From an uncultured Gemmatimonadales bacterium (GTDB lineage Bacteria; Gemmatimonadota; Gemmatimonadetes; Longimicrobiales; Longimicrobiaceae): a DNA stretch of 64,000 bases. The notes under the pieces were generated by a model. The model did not search any database, was not told the DNA's origin, and was given only the letters and a program-made list of their open reading frames with translations. The stretch spans positions 4,256,001 to 4,320,000 of the forward strand of contig OY970303.1 in NCBI GenBank assembly GCA_963716255.1. Reading direction: 5' to 3'. The position numbers and the translations under genes are program-made. Each line of letters opens with the position of its first letter. Position 1 is the stretch's first letter. Shown here in pieces: positions 1 to 9,583 of this stretch.

Positions 1-1632
1 TCGGTGGCGAAGGCGGAGGCGGAGCTGGCGCCGCTGCGCGCCCAGCTGGCGGATCTCCCCGCCGTCACCAGCGACTGCGAGCGGCAGACGGAGCTGGCGA
101 AGAAGGACGCGACGCGCAAGCAGCTGGTGAAGCAGCTGGCGGAGCTGGACGAGCAGGTGGCACGCGCCCGCGAGCGGCTGACGCGGGTGGAGCAGGCGCC
201 GGAGCTGGAAAAGAAGTACGCGGAGGAGCTGGAGGGGCTGCGCGCGGAGCGTGCGGAGGCGGAGCGCGACTCGGACGAGAGAAAGACGGCGTGGCTGCGC
301 GACCGGCAGGACGCGGAGACCAAGCTGGGGACGTACCGCGACCGCGGCATCGAGCTCAAGGAGCAGATCCGCCAGTGCCGCGAGCTGGGGCCGGAGGGGG
401 CGTGCCCCACCTGCGGCCGCCCCATGGGCGCGGACTACGAGCGGCTTCTGGAGGAGATGGAGGACCAGTGGGTCACCATCGTCCAGGACGGCAAGTGGTG
501 GGCGAGCCGCTTCGAGCAGCTCAAGGACAAGCCGGAGGACGTGGCGGAGGCGGAGCTGCGCGTCCGCGCCCTCGCCGAGCAGGTGGACGCCTGCTCGCGC
601 AAGCTCACGCGCTGCGAGGAGGCGGTCAAGGAGCTCAAGAACCTCCGCGCGGAGCAGGCGCAGCGGGAGGAGCGGCGCGCCGCGCTGGCGGCGGAGGTCG
701 CGGCGGTCCCCGCCGGCTACGACCGCGCGCTCCACGACGCGGCGGAGGCGCGGCTGCGCGGCCTGCGCGAGACGGAGAAGCGGGCGGCGCGCCTGGAGGA
801 GGCGGCTGCGCGGCGGCCGGCATGGGAGCGCGACCGGCTGGACGCGCAGGTGCGCGAGACGGCGGCGGCGGAGCGGGGACGGGCGGCGGCGGCGGAGCGG
901 GCGGCGCTCGCCTTCTCGGAGGAGGCGTTCGTGGGGCTGCGCACCGGGTACGAGGCGGCCAGCGACCGGTTCCGCAGGGCGGAGCTGCACGCCACGGAGC
1001 TGCGCGGGCAGGTGGCCACGGTGGAGCAGGCACTCCAGGGCGCCATGCACCGCGAAGCGGAGTACCACCGGCGCGCGGGTGACATCGTGGAGCGGGAGCT
1101 GGACCTGCGCTACCACGAGGAGCTGGACCTTGCCTTCTCGGAGCTGCGCGCGGAGCTCAACGCGCAGGTGCGGCCGGAGCTGTCGGAGATCGCGTCCACC
1201 TTCCTGGCGCAGCTCACGGACGGGCGCTACACGGCCATAGAGATCGACGACGCGTACAACATCCTGGTGCTGGACGAGGGCGAGGAGAAGCCGGTGATCT
1301 CGGGCGGCGAGGAGGACGTGGCGAACCTGGTGCTGCGCCTGTCGCTGTCGCAGATGATCGCGGAGCGGGCGGGGCACCCGCTGTCGCTGCTCATCCTGGA
1401 CGAGGTGTTCGGGTCGCTGGACGTGGCGCGGCGGGACAACGTGGTGCAACTGCTGCACCACCTGGAGGACCGGTTCGAGCAGGTGATCCTCATCACGCAC
1501 ATCGAGGGGATCCGCGAGAGCCTGGACCAGGTGCTGCGCGTGGAGTACGACGAGCGCACGGGGACGGCGGTGGTGCGGGAGGAGTCGTTCAGCGGGGAAG
1601 ACCCGGAGGCGCCGGGGCTCGCGGCGGATTGA
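1..1632 (+). CDS. sbcC: SbcC/Rad50-like SMC-family ATPase, C-terminal part (5' end outside the window)
   Basis: Long coiled coil, zinc hook CPTC, signature ISGGE, Walker B/D-loop LLILDEVFGSLD, H-loop ITH. Confidence 0.85.
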   Translation, partial: SVAKAEAELAPLRAQLADLPAVTSDCERQTELAKKDATRKQLVKQLAELDEQVARARERLTRVEQAPELEKKYAEELEGLRAERAEAERDSDERKTAWLRDRQDAETKLGTYRDRGIELKEQIRQCRELGPEGACPTCGRPMGADYERLLEEMEDQWVTIVQDGKWWASRFEQLKDKPEDVAEAELRVRALAEQVDACSRKLTRCEEAVKELKNLRAEQAQREERRAALAAEVAAVPAGYDRALHDAAEARLRGLRETEKRAARLEEAAARRPAWERDRLDAQVRETAAAERGRAAAAERAALAFSEEAFVGLRTGYEAASDRFRRAELHATELRGQVATVEQALQGAMHREAEYHRRAGDIVERELDLRYHEELDLAFSELRAELNAQVRPELSEIASTFLAQLTDGRYTAIEIDDAYNILVLDEGEEKPVISGGEEDVANLVLRLSLSQMIAERAGHPLSLLILDEVFGSLDVARRDNVVQLLHHLEDRFEQVILITHIEGIRESLDQVLRVEYDERTGTAVVREESFSGEDPEAPGLAAD

Positions 1633-1702
1633 TGGGGTTCGCACGTACTGTGGCCCGAGTCGTGAAGTCGTAGAGCAGTTCACCAGCACGGGAGCCGTAA
1701 CC

Positions 1703-1903
1703 ATGACCACAACGCTGTACGCCACCTTCGACGGCGAAGTCCTCCGCCCGGAGGAGCCGATCTCGCTCGCGCCGAACACGCGGGTGCGTCTGGTCATCGA
1801 GACCGAGGCGGACGAAGAGCTTCCCGCGTCTTCCTTCCTCCGCACCGCGCAGGGGCTCAACCTTGATGGCCCACCCGACTGGTCGTCACGGCTGGATGAA
1901 TGA
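1703..1903 (+). CDS. DUF104/AF2212-like antitoxin, orphan and possibly C-terminally clipped
   Basis: ATFDGEVLRPEEPISLAPNTRVRLVIE N-terminus and GPPDWSSRLDE end; GGAG RBS; no PIN toxin follows. Confidence 0.65.
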   Translation: MTTTLYATFDGEVLRPEEPISLAPNTRVRLVIETEADEELPASSFLRTAQGLNLDGPPDWSSRLDE

Positions 1904-1969
1904 GTACGGTTCCATTCCTGTGTTAATTGTGATTCCACAGCAAGATCTAGAACTAACCGTTCAGACCAA

Positions 1970-2788
1970 ATGACCGAAGATTGGATTTTTGAAGGCCTGA
2001 ATAGTGGCATAGCGACTTACCGTCTACGAAATTGGGCTTCATACTACCCTCTTATCGAGCAAACTCTTACGGTGGGTGGCTCTCACACACGGGATTTTGT
2101 TTGGCGAGGGCAACGGCGGCACGATTGGCCTCTCCGCCCATCCTTTGATAGGCTAATTGGGCGCCTCACGACCGAATCGGGTTCGGTGATCGCCAACAAT
2201 CCCGAAGATTGCCTCCGGAACCATTTGGAACGGTTCCGCATGGCTGTACGAGGACGCCGTGGGCTGAATCCTCCCGAACTTCCGTTGGAGAATGACTGGT
2301 GGGCACTTGGCCAACACTATGGCTTAGCCACTCCTCTCTTGGATTGGACAAGATCCCCGTTCGCGGCAGCATACTTTGCGTTTGAAGACGACAATTCAGA
2401 TACGACAGAGTATAGAGTTGTGTATGGGCTTGATCGGCGAGCAGTAGATCTCCGAAATGACGATTTGGCGACTGCCGAAAGTGTTGAGGTTGGACGTCCG
2501 CCTCTCCTCGAATTCTACGATCCTTTGTCAAACGAGAATCCGCGACTCGTGGCGCAGGGTGGTCTGTTCACAAGAACTCCGCTAGGCACTCCTGTGGAGC
2601 AATGGATTAGCGCGGTTTTCGAAGAAGCGCCCGATCCTGTCTTATATCGTGTTCTGATTCCAAGCCAGGATCGATCTGCGTGCTTGCGTGCGCTTAATCG
2701 AATGAACATCAATCATCTGTCACTGTTTCCAGATCTCAACGGGGCCTCCCGCTTCGTGAATCTTGCCCTTGAAGATTCTCACCGATAG
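1970..2788 (+). CDS. FRG domain protein
   Basis: WRGQ motif, QHYGLATPLLDWT, NPRLVAQGGLF and C-terminal LFPDL. Confidence 0.9.
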   Translation: MTEDWIFEGLNSGIATYRLRNWASYYPLIEQTLTVGGSHTRDFVWRGQRRHDWPLRPSFDRLIGRLTTESGSVIANNPEDCLRNHLERFRMAVRGRRGLNPPELPLENDWWALGQHYGLATPLLDWTRSPFAAAYFAFEDDNSDTTEYRVVYGLDRRAVDLRNDDLATAESVEVGRPPLLEFYDPLSNENPRLVAQGGLFTRTPLGTPVEQWISAVFEEAPDPVLYRVLIPSQDRSACLRALNRMNINHLSLFPDLNGASRFVNLALEDSHR

Positions 2789-2796
2789 GAACCACA

Positions 2797-3882
2797 ATGG
2801 CTTTAATCTATGTCCCGATTGTTAAGGGCAAGGAAGGTGAGTACGCTGCACTTGGTGCTCTCAACATCTCAGTGCGTCAGCAAGTTATCCCGCTAATTGA
2901 GATCCCCGGGATTCCGTACGACTATGTCAATAATCGCCCCGCGCGAAGCCTCGATGCGCACGTGCAGGGTGTTGCCAGGAAAGTCGATTCATGCTGGGGG
3001 GCCGAACGCCCGATTTACATCGATTTTTCAGCACATGCTGACGGAGAGTTGTTAGGTGACGGCACCCATGTTTTACAGTTGGTGCTTTCTGAAGCACGGA
3101 AAATTGGTGTTCAAGCGATTCCGGTGGTCTATACCTCTAGTTCGCCGGAATGCCTAAGCGAGGCGTCGCTACATGCTCGTGAAATGCAGCAGGGGGTATG
3201 TCTGAGATTGCTCGTTGGAGATTTCGATGAGGAAGTGGACTTAGAGACTCGAATCAACGCGATATTGGAGATCCTCCAATTGGGAGAGTCGGAGATCGAC
3301 GTCATTTTGGATCTTGAGGAGATTCAAGACGACCTCCAGCGCTCCATTCTTGTCGCTCGAGCACTGCTGGGTGGCGTTCCTCGCCCGACAACTTGGCGGC
3401 GGTTGATCTTGGCCGCGTCCTCTTTTCCGGAAGATCTACGAGATGTGAATGCGGCAACCGTAACTACGTTGCCTCGCAGGGAGTGGGAGCTTTGGGGGGC
3501 ATTGAACCGACGTCCCGAAAGGCTTCCCCGGAGGGATCTGGTGTATGCAGACTACGGGATTACGCATCCCAGTCTTAGGGAACTTGATCCGCGCACGATG
3601 CGGATGAGCGCAAGTATTCGCTACACTGGGCGGGACGAGTGGGTGATCGTAAAGGGCAGGAACGTACGCCAGTTCGGATTCGAGCAGTACTTCGACCTCT
3701 GTGAAGCACTCGTGCAGCATCCGAGTTTCACAGGTCGGGAACTTTCCTGGGGAGACGGCTTCATCGCTGATACGGCTGCTAGAAAGGCTGGGCCAGGCAA
3801 TGCCACTACGTGGCGGAAAGTCGGCACAAACCACCACATTACTCTCGTAGCGATCCAACTCGCCACGTTGAACGGCCCTTGA
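2797..3882 (+). CDS. Beta family protein (T4 Beta-like)
   Basis: YVPIVKGKEGEYAAL N-terminus, LAASSFP, YADYGITHP, IRYT, ATTWRKVGTNHHI C-terminus. Confidence 0.85.
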   Translation: MALIYVPIVKGKEGEYAALGALNISVRQQVIPLIEIPGIPYDYVNNRPARSLDAHVQGVARKVDSCWGAERPIYIDFSAHADGELLGDGTHVLQLVLSEARKIGVQAIPVVYTSSSPECLSEASLHAREMQQGVCLRLLVGDFDEEVDLETRINAILEILQLGESEIDVILDLEEIQDDLQRSILVARALLGGVPRPTTWRRLILAASSFPEDLRDVNAATVTTLPRREWELWGALNRRPERLPRRDLVYADYGITHPSLRELDPRTMRMSASIRYTGRDEWVIVKGRNVRQFGFEQYFDLCEALVQHPSFTGRELSWGDGFIADTAARKAGPGNATTWRKVGTNHHITLVAIQLATLNGP

Positions 3883-4429
3883 GCCTAGACCGAATAATCT
3901 GACCTAACTCTTCGGGAGGAATAGAGTCAGCTAGCCGTTGCCAGATTGCCCGGCGAGGCTTCGTGCGAAGACCATTGTCTAGATTTCTCGAAGTTAGCTC
4001 GTCTAGTGCTTCGGCGCGCCACAATAGTTGCGCCTGGGCAAATGCGTCCACCTGTGGATTGTCAGACGGCGATCTAACCAGCCTAAGTTCGATCGATCCG
4101 TCTTGCGCCTGCTTGGCTTCGGAGATACCCCACCACTTGGGAATGATAGCCCTAACTCCTCGCAGATGCTTGGGGTCGACCACAATGGTCACCCGGTCCA
4201 GAGCTCGTCCGTAAATTTCGGATTGGGTTGGAAGTCGCGAGAGTGTATCTTGTGCACTCTTTATCTCGAACCCATGCACTTTTCCGTTGACAACAGCGAT
4301 GTCGACGCGTGCGACACCCTCGCACAATCCCAATTCTTCGAGAATCAGGGTGTCGGGATCGCAAGCGTGCTCTAAGTTGACTGCGCTAAGCAGGGCGAGG
4401 CGGATGTCGAGCTCACGCATGGGTTCCAT
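3839..4429 (-). CDS. Sce7726-family PD-(D/E)XK nuclease-fold protein
   Basis: EELGL...RVDIAVVNGKVHGFEIKS.DTLSRL.Q; 3' end overlaps the Beta gene convergently by 44 bp. Confidence 0.85.
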   Translation of the reverse strand: MEPMRELDIRLALLSAVNLEHACDPDTLILEELGLCEGVARVDIAVVNGKVHGFEIKSAQDTLSRLPTQSEIYGRALDRVTIVVDPKHLRGVRAIIPKWWGISEAKQAQDGSIELRLVRSPSDNPQVDAFAQAQLLWRAEALDELTSRNLDNGLRTKPRRAIWQRLADSIPPEELGQIIRSRLKGRSTWRVGSLRE

Positions 4430-4796
4430 ACCTAATTGTGAGACCCTATCCTAATTGCCACTTCTGCTACCTGCAAGATAGATGCTGCCGCAAGAGAAGG
4501 AAGGGAAACGAGAGCCGAGTTAGGTGCCCAGCGGTGAAGGCGTTCTGAGGCCCCATTGTTCCACCTACTTGCAAGTGTTCTCCCGACCTTTCCACCACCT
4601 CCACTGCCCGATCCTGCGACAGCTTCTCCGCCATCCACAATTCCTTGCGCGGACTGAACGCCACATCCTGAACCGTAGCGCCCCCGGCTAACGGTTAAGG
4701 CAGCACCCGGGGCGGTCCGCTGCTTGCACCGTCCCCGCGGCCCATCCCCGCACGGAACCGCCGTGCGGGCGAGCGACACGCGAGTGGAGGACAAGC

Positions 4797-5117
4797 ATGA
4801 GGCAGCTGAGCAGTTCCGGCGAGGTGGATTCCGCCGTCTCCGGCGAGACCGCGATCCTGTACAAGCACAGCACCACCTGCCCCATCAGCGCGGCAGCGCA
4901 CGAGCAGATGGAAACCTTCCTCCAGCGCAACCCCGACGCCCCGTTCTACATGGTGGACGTCCACGAGTCGGCGGACGTGTCCAGCTACCTGGCGGACAAG
5001 ACCGGCATCGACCACGAGTCGCCGCAGGTGATCGTGTTCCGCGACGGCAAAGCCGCCTGGCACGCATCGCACTACGACATCACTGCGGGCGACCTGGAGC
5101 AGCAGCTGAAGAGCTGA
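4797..5117 (+). CDS. ytxJ: Monothiol bacilliredoxin YtxJ/BrxC family
   Basis: KHSTTCPIS and HESPQ motifs; GGAGG RBS. Confidence 0.85.
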   Translation: MRQLSSSGEVDSAVSGETAILYKHSTTCPISAAAHEQMETFLQRNPDAPFYMVDVHESADVSSYLADKTGIDHESPQVIVFRDGKAAWHASHYDITAGDLEQQLKS

Positions 5118-5190
5118 AGTCGAGGCGTCGGCACTCGACGCTGCAAGGGCCGTTGTGTCACAAATCACAGAGATTCGCTCGGGTGCGCCC

Positions 5191-5466
5191 ATGAATTCGA
5201 GAGCTTTCGTCACGGACGTGGCTCGTAACTTCGAGAAGTACATCGACCGGGTTACGTCTCGTGGCGAGCGCTTCGTTCTCTTGCGCGGAAAGCAGGTCGT
5301 CGCCGAACTGCGTCCGATCGCTGCGCGAAAGAGACTCCGAGATCTGCCCGAGATGCTTGCGTCGCTTCCCCACCTCACCGAGGCGGAAGCAGTGGACCTG
5401 GCTGCGGATCTCGGCCATGCCCGCCGCGATCTCGCTTGGCCGCACCGGTGCTGGGAGGAAGACTAA
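5191..5466 (+). CDS. Phd/YefM-type antitoxin, orphan
   Basis: VTDVARNFEKYIDRV..RGERFVLLRGKQVVAELRP pattern; no toxin ORF downstream. Confidence 0.7.
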   Translation: MNSRAFVTDVARNFEKYIDRVTSRGERFVLLRGKQVVAELRPIAARKRLRDLPEMLASLPHLTEAEAVDLAADLGHARRDLAWPHRCWEED

Positions 5467-5541
5467 GACTCCACGTCGTGATCGGCGTAGAGGCCTGGTT
5501 GTAAGTCGCCACTCTCGCCGACGGCCAGGGAGCCGAAGCAA

Positions 5542-5574
5542 GTCGGGGGCGCCGCTGTTAGCGGCGCCCCCGAC
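5542..5574. terminator. Perfect hairpin between convergent genes, possible bidirectional terminator
   Basis: GTCGGGGGCGCCGCT-GTT-AGCGGCGCCCCCGAC. Confidence 0.5.
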
Positions 5575-5662
5575 GCGTCTCCGCCGAACGGCGGCGTGCC
5601 TTCCCCTCACCGGCTTCAACCCGCTTCTCCACGGTGCCCCGTCGGACGCCGCGCCCCTCGCG

Positions 5663-6193
5663 CTACTGCCTGAACTGCTTCCTGCGCTCCACCAGGCCGT
5701 CGATGACGCCGGCGGGGACGACCTCCGTCACCGCGGAGTACACCTCCCGCAGGGCTGCGCGGTCCTCGTCGCGGGGCATGTCCGGGAGCTTCGCGCGCCG
5801 GCCCCCGGCGACCGCCTCCAGCCACTCGCCGGCCGCGCCCACCATCGCAGGGCCGTCGCGCCACTCCCGGTCCCACACGCCCCGCTCGCGCATCGTCGCG
5901 TACAGGGCGCGGAGCTGCGCATCGCTCACGGGGAAGCGCTCGGTCCAGATGGGACCACTGTAGCCCGGCTGGAAATCGACCCGGCCCTCGCTCCCCGGGC
6001 CCAGGTGCACCGAGTAGCTGTACTGGTACTGCGGCGGCAGCGATCCGGTGGACCAGGCGTAGCGGACGGTGAAGTCGGCCGGCATCGCGGTGGATTCCCC
6101 CTGCGGCCCGGGTGCCGACGCAGGGCATCCGGCGAGGAGCGCGAGGGCCGCGAGGGGTGCGAGACGGCGGAGGAAGGGGAGGCGGTGGGTCAT
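5663..6193 (-). CDS. Hypothetical lipoprotein
   Basis: Signal peptide with lipobox LAGC; YAWSTGSLPPQYQYSY motif. Confidence 0.65.
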   Translation of the reverse strand: MTHRLPFLRRLAPLAALALLAGCPASAPGPQGESTAMPADFTVRYAWSTGSLPPQYQYSYSVHLGPGSEGRVDFQPGYSGPIWTERFPVSDAQLRALYATMRERGVWDREWRDGPAMVGAAGEWLEAVAGGRRAKLPDMPRDEDRAALREVYSAVTEVVPAGVIDGLVERRKQFRQ

Positions 6194-6378
6194 GGCGTCT
6201 GTCTCCATGAGGGCGGGCGCGGGGGCCCGTGCTTGTCCGGAAGGGTGCCCAAGTTTACGTTGCCGCGCGAGCTTGCCGCAACACCGGGCGGGCCGCCCGG
6301 TGGGGATCCTTTCGCGGGGTCCCGCATATCACACGGGTCTCCGTCCGGACGATTCCCCCACACCTCCAGGGTCACCGA

Positions 6379-8730
6379 ATGCCACGCCGCCTCCCCTCCG
6401 GCGCGACGCAGCTGTCCGCGTTCCTGCTCGCCCTCGCCGCCGCGTCGCCCGCGGCGGCCCAGGACGCGCGCCAGGCCGCCCCGCGCGCCGCGGCCGCGCC
6501 CTTCGACCTGTCGGTCGCCAGCATCATGCGCGGCGAGCTGCTCACGGGCCGCTCCCCCAACGAGGTGCGCTGGTCCGAGGACGGGCGCTGGCTGTACTTC
6601 CGCTGGCGCCAGCCGGAGACCCAGGACACCACCACCTCCGTGTACCGGGTGGCCGTGGGCCGCGGCACCCCCGAGCGGCTGGCCGACTCCGTCGCCGACC
6701 GCGTCGCCCCGGCCCTGTCGGGTGACTGGGACGCGGCCCGGCGGCGGCGCGCCTTCGTGCGCGGCGGCGACGTGTACGTGGCCGAGGTGGGCGGACGCGA
6801 GCGGCGCGTCACGGAGACCCCGGTCGCCGAGCGCTCCGCGCAGCTGTCGGGCGACGGGCGCACGGTCTTCTTCCTTTCCGGGAGCAACCTGTTCGCCACG
6901 GCGACCGAGGGCGGACCCATCCGCCAGCTCACCGACGTCCGCGCCGAGGCCGCGCCGGCCAGGCGGGACACCGTGGGGCAGCGGGGAATGCTGGAGCGCG
7001 ACCAGCGCGAGCTGCTGGAGGTGATCCGCGACCGCATCGAGGAGCGCGAGCACCGCGAGGCGCTGGACTCCGTCCGCACGCCCGTCCGCCCGCTATACAT
7101 CGGCAGGAACGCCACCGTGGCGAGCATGGACGTGTCCCCCACCGGCCGCTTCCTCCTGCTCGCGGTGAACGACCGCGCCGAGGAGAAGCAGACCCTGGTC
7201 CCCAACTTCATCACCGAGAGCGGCTACACCGAGCCCCTCAACGTGCGCGCCAAGGTGGGCGACGTGCAGGCCGGGCAGCGCATGGCGATGGTGGACCTGC
7301 GCACCGGCACGCCCACCTGGCTCCAGGCCGAGGCCCGGGATCGCAGGGTGACGCTTGCCTCCGCGGGGTGGGCGCCGCGCGAGGACCGCGCGATCCTGGT
7401 GGGCCTCCCCTCCGACTACAAGGACCGCTGGCTCTACACCCTGGGCGCGGACGCGAAGCTGACGCCGGTGGACCACCTGCGCGACACGGCGTGGGTGGGC
7501 GGCCCGGGGCTCTTCACCGCCGGGTGGCTCCCCGACGGGCGGGTGTACTTCGTTTCCGAGCGCACCGGCTACGCGCACCTGTACACGGTGGCGTCCACGG
7601 GCGGGGAGGCCACCCCGGTCACCTCCGGCGATTGGGAGGTGACGGACGTGCAGCTCGCCCCGGACGGGCGGACCTTCTGGCTGACCACCGGCGAGACCCA
7701 CCCCGGCGAGCGCAACCTGTACGCGGTGTCCGTGAAAGGCGGGCGCCGCACGCGCGTCACCGCGCAGGACGGGTGGAACGAGTCGGTGGTGTCGCCGGAC
7801 GGGCGCTGGGTGGCGGTGCTGCACTCCACGGCCGACCGCCCCGCCGACCTGTTCCTGATTCCCAACCGCGCCGGCGCCCGGGCGGAGCGCGTCACCGAGT
7901 CCACCACCGCCGAGTTCCGCGCCGGGCCCTGGATCCGGCCGGAGGTGGTCACCTTCCCCGCGCAGGACGGCCGACAGGTGTACGCCCGCGTCTACCGCCC
8001 GCGCGAGCTGGGGGCGCAGCCCAACGGCGCCGCGGTGCTCTTCGTCCACGGCGCAGGGTACCTCCAGAACGCGCACCGCGGGTGGAGCAGCAGCTACTTC
8101 CGCGAGTACATGTTCAACCACCTGCTCGCCGCGCGGGGCTACACGGTGCTGGACCTGGACTACCGCGGCTCCGCCGGGTACGGCGCGGCGTGGCGCACCG
8201 GCATCTACCGGCACATGGGCGGCAAGGACCTGAGCGACCACGTGGACGGCGTCCGCTGGCTGGTGGCGAACGAGGGGGTGGACGCGAAGCGGGTGGGGCT
8301 GTACGGCGGGTCGTACGGCGGCTTCATCACGCTGATGGGGCTGTTCACCGAGCCGGACGTGTTCCGCTCGGGAGCCGCGCTGCGCACCGTGACCGACTGG
8401 GCGCACTACAACCACCCGTACACGGCCCGCATCCTCAACCAGCCGCAGGACGACCCCGAGGCGTACCGCCGCTCGTCGCCCATCTACTTCGCCGAGGGTC
8501 TCCGCGGCGACCTGCTGATGGCGCACGGCATGGTGGACACCAACGTGCACTTCCAGGACGTGGTGCGGCTGTCGCAGCGGCTGATCGAGCTGGGAAAGAC
8601 CCACTGGGAGCTGGCCGTGTACCCGGTGGAGGACCACTCCTTCGTCCGCGCGGACTCGTGGACCGACGAGTACCGCCGCGTCCTGGAGCTGTTCGAGCGC
8701 ACCCTGCGCTCGGACTCGCCGGCGCGGTAG
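6379..8730 (+). CDS. S9 (DPP IV-like) prolyl oligopeptidase, secreted
   Basis: Signal peptide, propeller repeats, GGSYGG nucleophile, HGMVDTNV Asp, EDH His. Confidence 0.92.
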   Translation: MPRRLPSGATQLSAFLLALAAASPAAAQDARQAAPRAAAAPFDLSVASIMRGELLTGRSPNEVRWSEDGRWLYFRWRQPETQDTTTSVYRVAVGRGTPERLADSVADRVAPALSGDWDAARRRRAFVRGGDVYVAEVGGRERRVTETPVAERSAQLSGDGRTVFFLSGSNLFATATEGGPIRQLTDVRAEAAPARRDTVGQRGMLERDQRELLEVIRDRIEEREHREALDSVRTPVRPLYIGRNATVASMDVSPTGRFLLLAVNDRAEEKQTLVPNFITESGYTEPLNVRAKVGDVQAGQRMAMVDLRTGTPTWLQAEARDRRVTLASAGWAPREDRAILVGLPSDYKDRWLYTLGADAKLTPVDHLRDTAWVGGPGLFTAGWLPDGRVYFVSERTGYAHLYTVASTGGEATPVTSGDWEVTDVQLAPDGRTFWLTTGETHPGERNLYAVSVKGGRRTRVTAQDGWNESVVSPDGRWVAVLHSTADRPADLFLIPNRAGARAERVTESTTAEFRAGPWIRPEVVTFPAQDGRQVYARVYRPRELGAQPNGAAVLFVHGAGYLQNAHRGWSSSYFREYMFNHLLAARGYTVLDLDYRGSAGYGAAWRTGIYRHMGGKDLSDHVDGVRWLVANEGVDAKRVGLYGGSYGGFITLMGLFTEPDVFRSGAALRTVTDWAHYNHPYTARILNQPQDDPEAYRRSSPIYFAEGLRGDLLMAHGMVDTNVHFQDVVRLSQRLIELGKTHWELAVYPVEDHSFVRADSWTDEYRRVLELFERTLRSDSPAR

Positions 8731-8767
8731 CGGCGGCGGGCCGCGGGGCGGGATCGCCCCCGTGACC

Positions 8768-8799
8768 GCGAAGGGCCGGCCGCGTGGCCGGCCCTTTGC
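8768..8799 (+). terminator. Intrinsic terminator-like hairpin
   Basis: GCGAAGGGCCGGCC-GCGT-GGCCGGCCCTTTGC after the S9 stop codon. Confidence 0.55.
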
Positions 8800-9004
8800 A
8801 TTGCCGCGACGGTCTCCCCTGCGCGCCCCCTCCCGGCGCCACGCCGCCGTACGTTTGTATCCCCTGTTTTCCTATAGATTTAAGCTGGCGGATACGGACT
8901 CCGTCCTGGCCCGTGCCTTGCAAGTGGGGCTCCCCACAAAGGTGGAACCCGCAGCGGACAGGACCCGGCGTCCGCTGGCCCCATAGATGACCAGGAGGAG
9001 CACC

Positions 9005-9301
9005 ATGAACCGGATCCGCAATCTGACCGAGACGTCGCTCCCGCAGCCCAAGGGGCCGTTCACGGACGCCGAGGCGCTGGAGCTGCTCATGGCCTACCGG
9101 AAGGACCCCTCCAACGTCCCGTGCCCGCGCTGCGGCCCGGAGCAGATCGAGGTCCTGGCCTTCATCGAGCCGGAGATCGACCCCAACGGGTTCGCCTCCG
9201 TGACCGATCCCGAAGGCGAGTACGCGGCCGCGCTGTACTGCCACACCTGCTGCCGCGCGGTGGGGATCCTGGCCGGCGCCACGCACGACTCGGAGGCGTG
9301 A
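9005..9301 (+). CDS. Small putative Zn-ribbon protein
   Basis: AGGAGG RBS; CPRC and CHTCC motifs. Confidence 0.65.
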   Translation: MNRIRNLTETSLPQPKGPFTDAEALELLMAYRKDPSNVPCPRCGPEQIEVLAFIEPEIDPNGFASVTDPEGEYAAALYCHTCCRAVGILAGATHDSEA

Positions 9302-9420
9302 GCCGGCCGCTTCCTCCACGGTCGCTGCGGGGTCCGGGGTTCAGGCACGAGGGGGAGACGGGGGCGGAAGCCACCGTCTCCTGCTTTTTACGGATGAACT
9401 GCTATTGAAGGGCGGGGTTC

Positions 9421-9555
9421 GGGCGTGCCCCCGGCTGGCGCCGGGGTCGGGCTTCGGCTCCGTAGGGCTGCAAACAACGCAGCCCAACGAAGTCGAGCCC
9501 CCGCGAAACTGCCCGCGGGGTCTCGCCCCTTCGGGCCGAAATCCCTCACGCGGGG
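9421..9555 (-). repeat. Repeat family A copy 1 (multi-hairpin intergenic element)
   Basis: Reverse complement of CCCCGCGTGAGGGATTTCGGCCCGAAGGGGCGAGAC...CCCCGGCGCCAGCCGGGGGCACGCCC. Confidence 0.9.
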
Positions 9556-9583
9556 GTGGTGCTGCGTCCGCCGGGCGGGCGCG

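Larger units (their letters stand above)
1904..4700. mobile_element. Lower-GC horizontally acquired island (FRG, Beta-family, Sce7726-family genes)
   Basis: Abrupt rise in A/T and A/T-ending codons relative to flanks; no integrase seen; boundaries approximate. Confidence 0.7.

Noticed and set aside
4467..4700. Small minus-strand ORF resembling a Uma2 C-terminal remnant, and a CTAAC-G-GTTAAG palindrome at the island edge
   Set aside because: Similarity too weak to support by eye; no full attC structure or att direct repeat found
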